DNA of 64,000 nucleotides from Candidatus Cloacimonadota bacterium (GCA_002742935.1 PDON01000065.1:6894-70893); one strand, 5' to 3'. Shown: positions 39,100-50,175, numbered from the stretch's first letter. Numbers and translations are program-made. The notes: generated by a model from the sequence alone, not told the origin.

Positions 39100-39204
39100 T
39101 TAATCCCAACTATTAAAAATATATAATTGTGATAAAGAGCACAGATCCATAATAAATATTGTTTTATATTTTACTTTATTGCTTTTTATGAAAAAGGAAT
39201 CGGA

Positions 39205-39723
39205 ATGAAGTATATAACAATAATTGCTATAACTTTTCTATATTTTTCATGCTCTTTCGTATCTATTCCAGATGGTTTAAAACCTGTTGATAATTTTGAG
39301 ATTAAAAAATATCTTGGAAAATGGTATGAAATAGCAAGAATTGATAATAGATTTGAAAAAAATCTTATAAAAAAAACAGCAATCTACTCACTAAATGATG
39401 ATGGAACAATAAAAGTTTTAAACCGAGGATACAATATTGTTGATAAAGAGTGGAAAGAGTATGAAAGAAAAGCTAAATTTGTACAAAAAAGAAGTTTAGG
39501 CAGATTAAAAGTTTCATTCTTTGGTCCATTTTACAGAGGATATAATATTATTGATATTGATAAAAAAGGGTATGAATGGTCTATAGCTTCAGGTCCAAAT
39601 AGAGATTATTTATGGATCCTTTCAAGAAAACCAAGAATAAATGATAATCTTTTAATGGAACTTCTTTTGAAGGTTGAAGATTTTGGATATAAAACTGAAG
39701 ATCTTATATTTGTAGGAAACTAA
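39205..39723 (+). CDS. blc: Outer-membrane lipocalin (Blc family lipoprotein).
   Basis: Lipoprotein signal (FSCSF). GKWYEIAR lipocalin SCR1 motif. Conserved YWILSR. Confidence 0.8.
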   Translation: MKYITIIAITFLYFSCSFVSIPDGLKPVDNFEIKKYLGKWYEIARIDNRFEKNLIKKTAIYSLNDDGTIKVLNRGYNIVDKEWKEYERKAKFVQKRSLGRLKVSFFGPFYRGYNIIDIDKKGYEWSIASGPNRDYLWILSRKPRINDNLLMELLLKVEDFGYKTEDLIFVGN

Positions 39724-39743
39724 GAAGTTACAAAGGGGTAAAT

Positions 39744-40499
39744 TTGAAATTTTATAAAATAAACGGAGCCGGAAACGACTTTATTTTTCCCATTGACAAA
39801 GAAAATCTTACTGAAAATGAGATAAAAAACTATTGTAGGAGAGGTGTATCAATAGGTGGAGATGGTATTATCTTTGTTAAAAAACATGCCCATTACGATT
39901 TCGAGATGATCTATTATAATAGTGACGGATCTTTAGCACAGTTTTGTGGTAATGGAGCAAGATCTGCCGTTCTTTTTGCAAAAGAGAGAAATCTTATTAG
40001 CAAAGATTCTACAAATTTTTTAGCAGGTGATGGAGAACATAAAGCTTTTTTTATTGATAGAGAGAATATTAAGTTACAGATGAACTATAGTAAAAAATCT
40101 CAAAAGATTAGTATTAATAATTTTGAAGATATTACTTTCTTAAATACAGGGGTAGAGCATATAGTTGTTTATATTAACAGCTTGAAAGATTTTAATGTTA
40201 ATAAATATGGTAGAGAGTTAAGATATAACCCAATGTTTCCCAAAGGAACAAATGTTAATTTTGTAGAAAAAAATGGGAACAAATTATCCATTAGGACTTA
40301 CGAAAGAGGTGTAGAGTCTGAAACATACGCCTGTGGAACAGGTATTACTGCCGCCGGTATAGTTGAAATGGAGAGATTAGGAAGTAATGAGATAGATCTT
40401 AAAACTGTTTTAGGATACAGTATGAAGGTGAGCAATGAAAATGGAAAGTTTTTTTTAACAGGCCCTGCAAATATTGTCTACAAAGGTGAAACTTATTGA
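39744..40499 (+). CDS. dapF: Diaminopimelate epimerase.
   Basis: MKFYKINGAGNDFIF N-terminus. Catalytic Cys motifs FCGNGARS and ACGTG. Confidence 0.85.
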   Translation: MKFYKINGAGNDFIFPIDKENLTENEIKNYCRRGVSIGGDGIIFVKKHAHYDFEMIYYNSDGSLAQFCGNGARSAVLFAKERNLISKDSTNFLAGDGEHKAFFIDRENIKLQMNYSKKSQKISINNFEDITFLNTGVEHIVVYINSLKDFNVNKYGRELRYNPMFPKGTNVNFVEKNGNKLSIRTYERGVESETYACGTGITAAGIVEMERLGSNEIDLKTVLGYSMKVSNENGKFFLTGPANIVYKGETY

Positions 40500-40689
40500 T
40501 AAAATCAGTTCAATATAAAACCAACAGATGATCTACTGTATTAAAAAACTCTTACTGAGAAAGAATCTTAAACTGTAACCAGTGTCTACTAAAAAATGAG
40601 AAGCTTTGAACTTACGGTAAAATTGGGTTAATGAGCGTAGCCTACAAGAGTATAAAAGTAACATAAAAAATATTTTAACTCCAATCAAA

Positions 40690-40730
40690 AAGAAGCAGCG
40701 AAACTAAACCCTTTAGTTCCACTGCTTCTT
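40690..40730. terminator. Bidirectional terminator between convergent dapF and pyk.
   Basis: aagaagcag...ctgcttctt outer 9-bp stem with an inner aactaaa/tttagtt stem. T-rich flanks on both strands. Confidence 0.6.
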
Positions 40731-40790
40731 TATTCCAAGAAAACCGCAAGGTTTCTACAAATATAACTTTGTCTTTTTAGTAAATTCTAA

Positions 40791-42557
40791 CTATCCTATA
40801 CCCTTAATAACCTCTCCCCTCTTGGCATCTACTGTAACTAAAGTTCCACTTCTCAATATTTCAGTAGCATCTGAAGCATCATATAGAACAGGTATTCCTA
40901 AAGCTATAGCACCAATAGCCATATTAGATTGAGAATCCTCCTCTGTAATAACAGCGGAAGCCTCCCTTAAAAGAGAAACTAGTTTCAAGGTGCTCTTTGA
41001 AACTACCAAAACCCCTCCTCTTGTGAACCCTTCTAATATTTCATCTTCATTATCATCTTTAACAACATAAAGATTACCGGAAGCTACTTTATTGTTTAAA
41101 CCTTTTGCTTTCATTAGAACATTACCAACAATATGAACCTTAAGCATATTTGTAGTTCCACTCATTTTAGAAGGAAATCCACCTGTAAGAACAACCAAAT
41201 CTCCATCCTTCACCTTTCCAAGCTCCAAGGTTTTATCAACAGCTTGTTTTAAGATTGCATCTGTGTCACTCTTCTCTTTGGTAAATATTGGAGTTACACC
41301 CCAAGAAAGGGATAGCTGATAAAAGATCTTTTTTAAAATTGTTGGAGCAACAATTGGGCAAGCAGGTCTAAATTTTGAAATCATTCTGGCTGTAGTACCT
41401 GATTTTGTTACAGTAATTATGGCATTTGCCCCCAAATTATGTGCTGTTGAGCAGGTAGAATATGATATGGCACTTGTAATTGTAGATGTTGCTTTAATAT
41501 CTTGTTCTCTAAACCTTTTTTCATAATTAATATTCTGTTCAGTATTTAAAGCTATTTTTGACATAGTTTTAACCACATCTACCGGATACTTACCAACAGA
41601 GGTTTCAGCAGAAAGCATAATAGCACTTGTACCATCAAAAATAGCATTTGCAACATCGGAAGTTTCAGCTCTTGTAGGTCTTGGATTTTTTATCATAGAA
41701 TCGAGCATCTGGGTTGCAGTAATAACAGGTTTTCCTGATCTATTACACAATCTTATAATCTGTTTCTGTAAAACAGGAAGCTCTTCAAAGTGGATCTCAA
41801 CACCCATATCACCGCGAGCAATCATTATTCCGTCACTTAATCTAATAATATCCTTTATATTATCAACACCCTCTTTACTCTCAACCTTGGAGATGATTTT
41901 AATCTTAGAACCTCCATTACTATCCATAAACTCTCTTAAACATTTAAGATCACTTATATCTCTTATAAATGAAGCAGCTATAAAATCAAAATCATTTTTT
42001 ATGGCAAATAAAATATCCTCTTTATCCTTATCACTCATATAAGGTAGTTTTATCCTGATACCCGGTATATTTACACTCTTTTTGTTTGAAAGAGTTCCAC
42101 TATTAAGAACTTTACAGATAATATCTTTATCTTCAATATTTTTAACCTCAAGTTCTATTAAACCATCATCAATGAGCACCCTGTCATTTTTATGAAGGTC
42201 TTTATAAAGATCCTCATAGTTTACGGAAACACCATTTTCATCACCTATACTATCGTAACATCTTATTGAAAAAAGATCTCCATCTTTTAGATCAACAGAT
42301 CCATTTTTATAATCTTTTGTTCTAATTTCAGGACCTCTGGTATCCAATAGAAGTGCAACCGGAAGATTTAATTCCTCCCTTAACTCTTTTACGAGATCAA
42401 CCCTCTTTTTATGTGTTTTATGAACATCGTGGGAAAAATTCATTCTCGCTACATTCATACCGCTTAACATCATATCTTTTAGAATCTCTTTTGTATCCGT
42501 AGAGGGTCCTAAGGTACATATAATCTTTGTCTTTCTCATACTAATCTCCCAATTCAT
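40791..42557 (-). CDS. pyk: Pyruvate kinase with a C-terminal PEP-utilising-enzyme mobile domain.
   Basis: MRKTKIICTLGP N-terminus and conserved PK barrel motifs. The ~110-aa C-terminal extension matches the PEP-utiliser domain seen in Geobacillus-type PKs. Confidence 0.9.
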   Translation of the reverse strand: MNWEISMRKTKIICTLGPSTDTKEILKDMMLSGMNVARMNFSHDVHKTHKKRVDLVKELREELNLPVALLLDTRGPEIRTKDYKNGSVDLKDGDLFSIRCYDSIGDENGVSVNYEDLYKDLHKNDRVLIDDGLIELEVKNIEDKDIICKVLNSGTLSNKKSVNIPGIRIKLPYMSDKDKEDILFAIKNDFDFIAASFIRDISDLKCLREFMDSNGGSKIKIISKVESKEGVDNIKDIIRLSDGIMIARGDMGVEIHFEELPVLQKQIIRLCNRSGKPVITATQMLDSMIKNPRPTRAETSDVANAIFDGTSAIMLSAETSVGKYPVDVVKTMSKIALNTEQNINYEKRFREQDIKATSTITSAISYSTCSTAHNLGANAIITVTKSGTTARMISKFRPACPIVAPTILKKIFYQLSLSWGVTPIFTKEKSDTDAILKQAVDKTLELGKVKDGDLVVLTGGFPSKMSGTTNMLKVHIVGNVLMKAKGLNNKVASGNLYVVKDDNEDEILEGFTRGGVLVVSKSTLKLVSLLREASAVITEEDSQSNMAIGAIALGIPVLYDASDATEILRSGTLVTVDAKRGEVIKGIG

Positions 42558-42774
42558 TCTTTATTCAACTACGAAACAGACAATATAAATTTGTTTTCAC
42601 ATAAGAGCAAATTGCAAAACCAATAAAAAGTTTCAATCTAAACCAGAAAGATCTGTATACTAATTGTTGATATATACTTTTTAAGATAAAAATATAGTTT
42701 CTTCGGTCTGATTCTTCTAAAAACAAATGAGGCACTCTTTTTGCTACTCATATTAGAGCTATAACTAATTTTGG

Positions 42775-43893
42775 ATGGTTTGGAATATGAAATATATAGT
42801 TTTGCTTACCTTGATACCAATGATCTTTATACACTCCAAAGGTATAAGAGTTAAAGATATGGCTAAGATTGGATCTTTGGAGTCAAAAGAGCTTGTAGGG
42901 TACGGAATAGTTACGGGTTTAGATGGAACAGGAGATGGTAGCAGATCTATGTTTACCGTACAATCTGTTGCTAATATGCTTGAACACTTTGGAATTAAGG
43001 TTGATAAGAAATCTTTGAAACCAAAAAATGTTGCAGCTGTTATGGTAATGGCAACACTTCCTGCCTATGGGAAAAAAGGTACAAAGATTGATGTTTCCGT
43101 ATCCTCTCTGGGAGATGCAAAATCTTTGCAAGGTGGAAACCTTCTCATAACACCTCTTACAGATCCTGTTTCTCCATCAAAGAGTGAAGTATATGCAATG
43201 GCTTCAGGACCAATCTCCATTGGTGGATTTAATTTTGGATCAGGAGATAACAGCGTAAGAAAAAATTATACCTTGGTTGGTAGAATACCTGATGGAGCAA
43301 GAGTATACAAAGAGATTAACGGAAATCTTATTAGAGAAGGAAAGCTCTCTATATTTCTAAACTCTCCCGATTACACAACATCTGTAAGAACTGCAAAATC
43401 AATAAACAATTTTATAGGTGAAAAGGTTGCAACTTCAGTAGATATTGCTGAAATAGAGATAGACCTTCCTAAAAAGTATCAAGACAGATCTAAGGCTATG
43501 GAGTTTGTGGCACTTATTGAGAATGTAGAGGTATCTCCGGATGAAAAAGCCAAAATTGTAGTAAATGAGAGAACCGGAACAATAGTTATTGGTGAAAATG
43601 TAAAAATAGATCCAGTAGCTATCTCTCATGGTAATCTTTCAATTTCCATTGAAGATGAGAATAAGATTGTTCAGCCAAACCCATACTCACTTGGAACAAC
43701 CGAAACAGAAAATAACAGAGAACTAAAGGTTGAAGAGGAGAGGGGAAAAGTGATAAACCTAAAGGATAATACAACCCTTAAAGATCTTGTTGATTCTCTC
43801 AATAAACTAGGAGTATCTCCAAGGGATATGATATCAATATTTCAATCATTAAAGCAAGCAGGAGCTTTGAGGGCAGATCTAGTTTTAATATAA
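42775..43893 (+). CDS. flgI: Flagellar P-ring protein FlgI.
   Basis: Signal peptide, then RVKDMAKIGSLESKELVGYGIVTGLDGTGD, which is highly characteristic of FlgI. The start may be the Met at 42787. Confidence 0.9.
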   Translation: MVWNMKYIVLLTLIPMIFIHSKGIRVKDMAKIGSLESKELVGYGIVTGLDGTGDGSRSMFTVQSVANMLEHFGIKVDKKSLKPKNVAAVMVMATLPAYGKKGTKIDVSVSSLGDAKSLQGGNLLITPLTDPVSPSKSEVYAMASGPISIGGFNFGSGDNSVRKNYTLVGRIPDGARVYKEINGNLIREGKLSIFLNSPDYTTSVRTAKSINNFIGEKVATSVDIAEIEIDLPKKYQDRSKAMEFVALIENVEVSPDEKAKIVVNERTGTIVIGENVKIDPVAISHGNLSISIEDENKIVQPNPYSLGTTETENNRELKVEEERGKVINLKDNTTLKDLVDSLNKLGVSPRDMISIFQSLKQAGALRADLVLI

Positions 43894-43915
43894 GTAAATT
43901 TTAAAGTGATAAATT

Positions 43916-44728
43916 ATGGAATCGATCAATAAGTTAAACATATCCAATACTCTACAATCTATAAAGAGTAATAATATTGAGAATAAAGTCAATGCTTTAA
44001 AAGGTCAAGATAAGGAGAAACTAAAGAAAGCTTGCTACGATTTTGAATCTATCTTTGTTAAAATGATGTTGGATGAAATGCAAAAATCTACCTCTATAGA
44101 ATCCTCTTTTGGTAAAGGAGCCGGAGGAGCTTTTTTTAAGGATATGTACAACAATCAACTCAGCAGTGATATTGTAAAACAATCACCTTCAGGTATAGCA
44201 GGGACAATGTATAAACAACTTACAGGTGAAGATCTTGATATTAGTGGAGAGAATGAGATATTTGATGGAATGAGAAAATTGAATAGAGATGACTATTTGA
44301 GGATAAACAGAAAAAATATTGAGATTAAAACCCCTCTTTCCATGACCAAAAGATACTCAAAATTTATTGATAGCTACTCCGAAAAAATAGGTGTTGATTC
44401 AGCACTTGTAAAATCTATAGTTTTAAATGAGAGTGGAGGGGATTACAGGGCTGTTTCAAATAAAGGTGCCAAAGGACTTATGCAACTTATGGACAGCACA
44501 GCTAAAGATCTAAAAGTTTCAAATCCATTCGACCCTTACCAGAATCTAAAAGGTGGAATAAACTACTTGAAAAAGATGTTGGAAAAGTACAATAACGATA
44601 TAGATCTTTCACTTGCGGCTTACAATGCAGGACCGGGAAATGTGGATAAATATAAAGGTATTCCTCCATTTAAGGAAACGGAAAACTATGTAAAAAAGGT
44701 TAAGGAAAGTATTAAGCTATTTAAATAG
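43916..44728 (+). CDS. flgJ: FlgJ-like protein: flagellar rod-binding N-domain fused to a soluble lytic transglycosylase (SLT) domain.
   Basis: N-terminal Rod-binding-like region (ACYDFESIFVKMMLDEMQKS). C-terminal SLT motifs ESGGDYRAVSNKGAKGLMQLM and AYNAGPGNV. Confidence 0.7.
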   Translation: MESINKLNISNTLQSIKSNNIENKVNALKGQDKEKLKKACYDFESIFVKMMLDEMQKSTSIESSFGKGAGGAFFKDMYNNQLSSDIVKQSPSGIAGTMYKQLTGEDLDISGENEIFDGMRKLNRDDYLRINRKNIEIKTPLSMTKRYSKFIDSYSEKIGVDSALVKSIVLNESGGDYRAVSNKGAKGLMQLMDSTAKDLKVSNPFDPYQNLKGGINYLKKMLEKYNNDIDLSLAAYNAGPGNVDKYKGIPPFKETENYVKKVKESIKLFK

Positions 44729-44890
44729 GATCTGCTACTTTTCAATAATAACCCTATGAAAAACATATATTTTTTTTTACATTAATATACCGAAATAATA
44801 ACCAATGGTTAAAGCTAAATTAACAACCATAATTTTGGCTATAACTCATTAGTTTAAAGGAGAAGGATTTGTATAAAAATTTAAAATAGA

Positions 44891-46459
44891 TTGTGTGAAT
44901 ATATGGATTATTACGATAAAGAGATTCTTATAAATGTAGGAATGAATGAAACGAGAGTTGCGTTGGTTGAAAATGGCAAACTTGTAGAGATGCATATTGA
45001 AAGACCGGAAAATCAGAGAACTATTGGAAATATATATGCGGGTTTTGTAGAAAATATTTTGCCGGGTATAAACTCTGCTTTTGTTGATATTGGGGAGAGA
45101 TTAAACGGATTTATCCACCTAGATGAGTTTGTTAAAAATCTTATTCCGGAAGATTATATTATTGGAGATTATGAGTTTACGGATATAAATGAGGAGATAA
45201 AGGAGCTTGAAAAGAGCAGTAAGAGAAGAAATATCTCCATTGGTGATAAGGTTTTGGTTCAGGTTGTAAAGGAGCAGATAAATACAAAGGGACCAAGAAT
45301 TACTTCCCAAGTTACAATACCCGGAAGGTATGTTGTTTTAATGCCAAACTATCACGGTGTAAGGATTTCAAAAAAGATAAGTAAACCTAACGAAAGAAAG
45401 AGACTTAGAAAACTTATTACAGGGCTTATTCCCGATGATTTTGGTATAATAGTAAGAACAGCTGCCGAAAATAAAGATTCCGATATGTTTGTTAAGGATA
45501 TAATCTCAACCTATCAGATATGGAAAGATGCTATTGCGGAGTTTAAAAAGACAGAATCCCCAAAACTATTGTATAAGGACTACAATGTAAGTGCGAGTAT
45601 AGTTAGAGATCTTTTTAATGATGATGTAAAGAGAGTTCTTGTTGATTCCAACGAACTTTACAATAGTATATCCGATTATGTAAGAAACCTTGCTCCGGAT
45701 CTTTTGGACAGAGTTGAGCTTTACAATGATGATGAACCTATATTTGATAAGTTCTACAACATTAATAAAGATTTTCTCATAAGCCTTTCAAGAGAGGTTT
45801 TTATGAGAAGAGGTGGGTCTATTGTTATTGAACAAACTGAAGCAATGGTAAGTATTGATGTAAACAGTAAAAAATACTCCAAAAACAAACCCCAAGAGGA
45901 GAATAGTTTAACTATAAATCTTCATGCAGCAAGAGAGGTTGCAAGACAGCTTAGATTGAGAGATGTTGGTGGTCTTGTTGTCATAGATTTTATAGATATG
46001 ATGGAGCAGAGTAATAGAGATAAGGTTTACAACGAACTCAGATCCAGCTTTAGAAGAGATAAGGCAAAGATAAGTATTGAACCCGTAAGCAGATTTGGAC
46101 TTGTTGAGATGACAAGACAGAGATTAAAGCCTTCAATTGTTCAAACTGTTTACGATAGATGTCCTACCTGTGGAGGTAAGGGTATAGTAAGATCAAAAGA
46201 GACTATCTCGGGAATGATTGACAGGTGGATAAAAAACTTTAAATACGCTATGAATGGCCAAGAGGTGGATCTTTTAGTCAATGAGAAGCTTGCAGAGTTT
46301 TTAAATAGTGATGACAAAAACTTTATCACAGCCTCAATGCTAAAGCATTGGGTAAGGATCAACCTTATAATCGATAATAGCATTAATGAACACTCGTTTA
46401 GATTCTGTTATCCGGGAACATCTGAAGAGGTTAAATTTGAGCAAAAAGAGTATAACTAA
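44891..46459 (+). CDS. rng: Ribonuclease G/E family endoribonuclease.
   Basis: S1 domain, DNase-I-like catalytic core (VIDFIDM, RFGLVEMTRQR) and Zn-link CPTCGG. Confidence 0.85.
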   Translation: MCEYMDYYDKEILINVGMNETRVALVENGKLVEMHIERPENQRTIGNIYAGFVENILPGINSAFVDIGERLNGFIHLDEFVKNLIPEDYIIGDYEFTDINEEIKELEKSSKRRNISIGDKVLVQVVKEQINTKGPRITSQVTIPGRYVVLMPNYHGVRISKKISKPNERKRLRKLITGLIPDDFGIIVRTAAENKDSDMFVKDIISTYQIWKDAIAEFKKTESPKLLYKDYNVSASIVRDLFNDDVKRVLVDSNELYNSISDYVRNLAPDLLDRVELYNDDEPIFDKFYNINKDFLISLSREVFMRRGGSIVIEQTEAMVSIDVNSKKYSKNKPQEENSLTINLHAAREVARQLRLRDVGGLVVIDFIDMMEQSNRDKVYNELRSSFRRDKAKISIEPVSRFGLVEMTRQRLKPSIVQTVYDRCPTCGGKGIVRSKETISGMIDRWIKNFKYAMNGQEVDLLVNEKLAEFLNSDDKNFITASMLKHWVRINLIIDNSINEHSFRFCYPGTSEEVKFEQKEYN

Positions 46460-47066
46460 AATATTGATTCTTACCTCTACTGATTTTGAATCTGACTCTA
46501 GCTTAAACTCTAACAGAAGATTTAATGTTACTATAAAAAAAGTGGGAGTAGGTCCCACTTTTTCCGTTTTAAACAGCTATCAATATATAGAAAAGATAGA
46601 TCCTGACTTAATAATAAATTCAGGTATAGGAGGATCTTTTAACAGGTCTGACAAAATTGGAACCGTAGTAAATATTACAGAAGATATATTGGAAAATAGT
46701 AAAGCTTTAGAGGATGAAATTCTTCCCTTATCTTTTGATAGTAATTATTTTAAAGAGTATATGATAAAATCATATTTTGATAGAGTACTGGATCTTCCCA
46801 ATAGAAGAGGAATTACGGTTTCATTGGTTAGTGGAAATAGAGATCTTGCTTTAAGGCGTAAAAAAGTTTACAATGCAGAGATTGAATCTATGGAGGGATT
46901 TGCCATAATGTTGGCGGCAAAAAGATTTAAGATCCCCATAATGCAGATAAGATCTATAAGTAACTATACCGGAGATGAAAAGATTACAAAAGAGAACCTT
47001 TTCTACTCTATTAAAATGTTAAACAATAAGATAAAACAGATTTTAGAGGAGCAATCTTTTGAATAA
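46386..47066 (+). CDS. mqnB: Futalosine hydrolase (MTA/SAH-nucleosidase family), MqnB-like. True start likely downstream, since it overlaps the rng 3' end.
   Basis: Nucleoside-phosphorylase-I fold pattern (ILILTSTDFESD ... GIGGS ... SMEGFAI). Adjacent to an MqnD-like gene. Confidence 0.55.
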   Translation: MNTRLDSVIREHLKRLNLSKKSITKILILTSTDFESDSSLNSNRRFNVTIKKVGVGPTFSVLNSYQYIEKIDPDLIINSGIGGSFNRSDKIGTVVNITEDILENSKALEDEILPLSFDSNYFKEYMIKSYFDRVLDLPNRRGITVSLVSGNRDLALRRKKVYNAEIESMEGFAIMLAAKRFKIPIMQIRSISNYTGDEKITKENLFYSIKMLNNKIKQILEEQSFE

Positions 47067-47871
47067 ACTTAAACTTTCCATATCAACATGTCCAAACGAT
47101 ATATTTATGTTTTATGACATGATCAAAAGTGATGATTATAACTTTACTTTTGGAGATATAAAGGAGCTTAACGATGGTATAAAAAATGGTGAGGCTGATA
47201 TTTCAAAACTCTCATTTCTTACCTATTTTAAAAATATGAAAAAGTATAAACTTTTAAACTCCGGAACTGCTCTTGGTAAAAATTGTGGACCTTTGGTTAT
47301 TGGTAAGAGAGATATAAAAGATTTTAAGGGATTAAAGATAGCTGTTCCCGGTAAAAATACTACAGCATTTCTACTGTTCACCCACTTTTTTGGAAAAGAT
47401 TTTGAGGTTGTTGAAACCCTATTTTCGGATATAATGGAATTGGTTAAGAGAGGTAAAGTTGATGCAGGTGTGATTATACACGAATCAAGGTTTACATACC
47501 ATAAGTATGGATTAAAAAAGTTATATGATTTGGGAGAGCTTTGGGAAAACAATACAAATCTTCCACTACCTTTAGGAGCAATTGCAGTTAAAAGATCAAT
47601 AGATGAAAATATAGTAAAAATGTTTGAAAAGAACTTATCAAATTCCATTAAATACAATTTAGAGAATCTTGAAAAAGTAGATTTTGATTTTTTAAAGAGA
47701 TACTCCGATGAGATGGAGAATGATGTACTTTTAAAGCATATAAAACTGTATGTAAACAAATACTCTATTGATCTAGGAGATGAGGGTAAAGAAGCAATAA
47801 AAATATTATACAATACAGCTGTTAAAAGTGGATTTTGTGATAGTTTAGATCCATACCTTTTCGATGAATAA
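47059..47871 (+). CDS. mqnD: MqnA/MqnD family protein, probably 1,4-dihydroxy-6-naphthoate synthase (MqnD).
   Basis: N-terminal SISTCPNDIFMFY (the S/T-CPND motif of the futalosine-pathway MqnA/D family). PBP-like fold. Confidence 0.65.
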   Translation: MNKLKLSISTCPNDIFMFYDMIKSDDYNFTFGDIKELNDGIKNGEADISKLSFLTYFKNMKKYKLLNSGTALGKNCGPLVIGKRDIKDFKGLKIAVPGKNTTAFLLFTHFFGKDFEVVETLFSDIMELVKRGKVDAGVIIHESRFTYHKYGLKKLYDLGELWENNTNLPLPLGAIAVKRSIDENIVKMFEKNLSNSIKYNLENLEKVDFDFLKRYSDEMENDVLLKHIKLYVNKYSIDLGDEGKEAIKILYNTAVKSGFCDSLDPYLFDE

Positions 47872-48085
47872 TTTTAATCTTTTCTTAAATGGAGAAGCCT
47901 GACAAACTTCAAAGCTTTTGATAGATCTCATTTAAAAATTTTGCACTCTTTTTTAATTTTATACTCACAGACTACTAAATAGAATCTATATAAAAAGATT
48001 ACACTTTTCTGACAGATCTTAATCAAACAATCTAAAAAAAAGTGCAGTAAAATAATATTTTAGTTATATTTAATTTGTTTAATAT

Positions 48086-49414
48086 ATGGTTTATTTGAAT
48101 AGAGAAGGAGAAAAAGTGAAAAAGGATATTCTAATAAAAAATGGTCTCATAGTTACAGTGGATAATGAGATGAGAGTTATTGATAATGGTTTTGTATCTA
48201 TTAAAGAGAGCAAAATTGTAGAAGTTGGTGAGATGAAAAATTTACAAGATTGCGAAGCAGATAAAATTATTGATGCTAAAGGTGGTATAGTTATGCCGGG
48301 ATTGGTAAATACCCATTGCCATGCACCAATGACTCTACTAAGAGGTTATGCTGACGATTACCCACTTATGGATTGGCTAAACAACTATATATGGCCAATT
48401 GAAAGAGAGTTTATTAACAAGGATACCGTAGAAATAGGAACAAGACTTGCCGTTCTTGAGATGATAAAATCCGGAACTACAATCTTTAACGATATGTACT
48501 TCTTTGAAGAGGTGGTTGGAAATGTATGTAAAGAAGCAGGAATGAGGGTTGTCATTGGCGAGGGTGTAATGGATCTTGTTGGTGTTGCAGGAGAGATGAA
48601 CTTTGATCTCTTGGATAAATTTAAAGATGATGAACTTGTAGTAACCGCCGTTGCCAATCATGCTCCATACACCTGCTCTCCTGAACTTATGAAGAGATCA
48701 AGTGATATATCTACAAAGTATAATGTACCTTACCATATCCATCTTTCAGAAACAGAGACAGAGTTTAACGATATCAAAAAGGATAAAGGGCTCTCCCCCG
48801 TTGAGTATTTAGAGAGTATTGGAGCTTTAAATGAAAGAATGGTAGCAGTACACTCAGTTGTTTTAACCGATAAAGATTTGGAGATATATAAAAAGTATAA
48901 TGTTGGTGTCTCCCATAATGTTGAATCAAACTTAAAACTTGCTTCAGGGGTTGCCAGAATACCGGATATGCTTAAAATGGGCATAAAAGTTGGTCTTGGA
49001 ACAGACGGAACAGCATCAAATAACAACTTGGATATGTTTGAAGAGATGGCAACAGCAGCAAAGCTTCATAAGGCTATTGCAAAAGATCCTACGGTACTTA
49101 AAGCTGAAGAGATTGTTAGAGTTGCAACTATGGGGGGAGCTGAAGTTCTCTCTATGTCTGATAAGATTGGATCTATTGAGGTAGGTAAAAAGGCTGATAT
49201 TATCATAATTGATACAGATAAACCACACTTAACACCACTCTACAATCCATATTCACATCTTGCATATTCAGTACAAGGATCTGATGTATCACATACTATT
49301 ATTAATGGAAAACTTTTAATGGAAAATAGAAATATGTTAACCATTAATGAGAAACAAACTATTGAAGATGTAAATAGTGTAGCAAAAAAGATTAAAGAGT
49401 TTAAGAATAATTAG
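48086..49414 (+). CDS. Amidohydrolase of the MtaD family (5'-deoxyadenosine/MTA/SAH or aminofutalosine deaminase).
   Basis: Metal ligands HCHAPMT and HLSE, plus GLGTDG...N motifs. Confidence 0.75.
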   Translation: MVYLNREGEKVKKDILIKNGLIVTVDNEMRVIDNGFVSIKESKIVEVGEMKNLQDCEADKIIDAKGGIVMPGLVNTHCHAPMTLLRGYADDYPLMDWLNNYIWPIEREFINKDTVEIGTRLAVLEMIKSGTTIFNDMYFFEEVVGNVCKEAGMRVVIGEGVMDLVGVAGEMNFDLLDKFKDDELVVTAVANHAPYTCSPELMKRSSDISTKYNVPYHIHLSETETEFNDIKKDKGLSPVEYLESIGALNERMVAVHSVVLTDKDLEIYKKYNVGVSHNVESNLKLASGVARIPDMLKMGIKVGLGTDGTASNNNLDMFEEMATAAKLHKAIAKDPTVLKAEEIVRVATMGGAEVLSMSDKIGSIEVGKKADIIIIDTDKPHLTPLYNPYSHLAYSVQGSDVSHTIINGKLLMENRNMLTINEKQTIEDVNSVAKKIKEFKNN

Positions 49415-49596
49415 CATTAATGGGTGTAGGGAGTAAATCAATTTTCACCCTTTTTTGAAATACAGAAAGGGAAGATCCGGAATCTGCCCCTATACAATTT
49501 ATTTGAACATAAAAAAATAACGATATAGAAATAGGAAATTTATCAAAAATCGAGAGAGGGGAAACCCTCTCTCAACGATTAAATTCCACCTTAAAA

Positions 49597-50175
49597 CTAT
49601 TTAACAAGAGATTCTTCTAAATCAAGAGATTCAATAATATCAAGAGTTGCAATGACTACTCCATTAGAATCCGCTTTTTTAACACCATAAAAAGCTATCT
49701 CTCTTTTTATCAATCCTTTATCAGAGACATAATCATAGTATTCAGCGTTATCAAAAGATGAATCATCATGTTCATACTTTATCTTTAAGCAATCATACTC
49801 CTCACCATCTATAGATATAGTCTCTCTACCGATTACAGTTTTATCAATTTTCCAAGGCTCATATCTAAGTGTCCAACTAGAACCTACTCTAAGTGGATAC
49901 TTATACACTGTTATTTCATCGTAATAAATGGAATCATTTTCAGAGGTAGAGTTTCCCATAATAATCCTAGATACCTCATTACTAATATCAATAAGCGAAC
50001 TATACTCATTACCTCTAAATATATACTTTGAGGTAGCTTCACTCTCTATTTGTGGTGCAATTGGGATAGGATTAATATATCCATAACTTATTAGAGCATC
50101 TCCTGATCTATTGTAATACTTATTTCCTTGAATAAGTAATCCATTCTCAATAGTAGTTGATTTAAAGTTATACAC
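49597..50175 (-). CDS. Hypothetical protein.
   Basis: ORF only. Confidence 0.35.
   Translation of the reverse strand: MYNFKSTTIENGLLIQGNKYYNRSGDALISYGYINPIPIAPQIESEATSKYIFRGNEYSSLIDISNEVSRIIMGNSTSENDSIYYDEITVYKYPLRVGSSWTLRYEPWKIDKTVIGRETISIDGEEYDCLKIKYEHDDSSFDNAEYYDYVSDKGLIKREIAFYGVKKADSNGVVIATLDIIESLDLEESLVK

Noticed and set aside
38995-39723. tRNA-Asn as an integration hotspot with an adjacent genomic island.
   Set aside because: No integrase, direct repeat of the tRNA 3' end, or compositional shift was seen downstream. The neighbouring genes (blc, dapF, pyk) are housekeeping.
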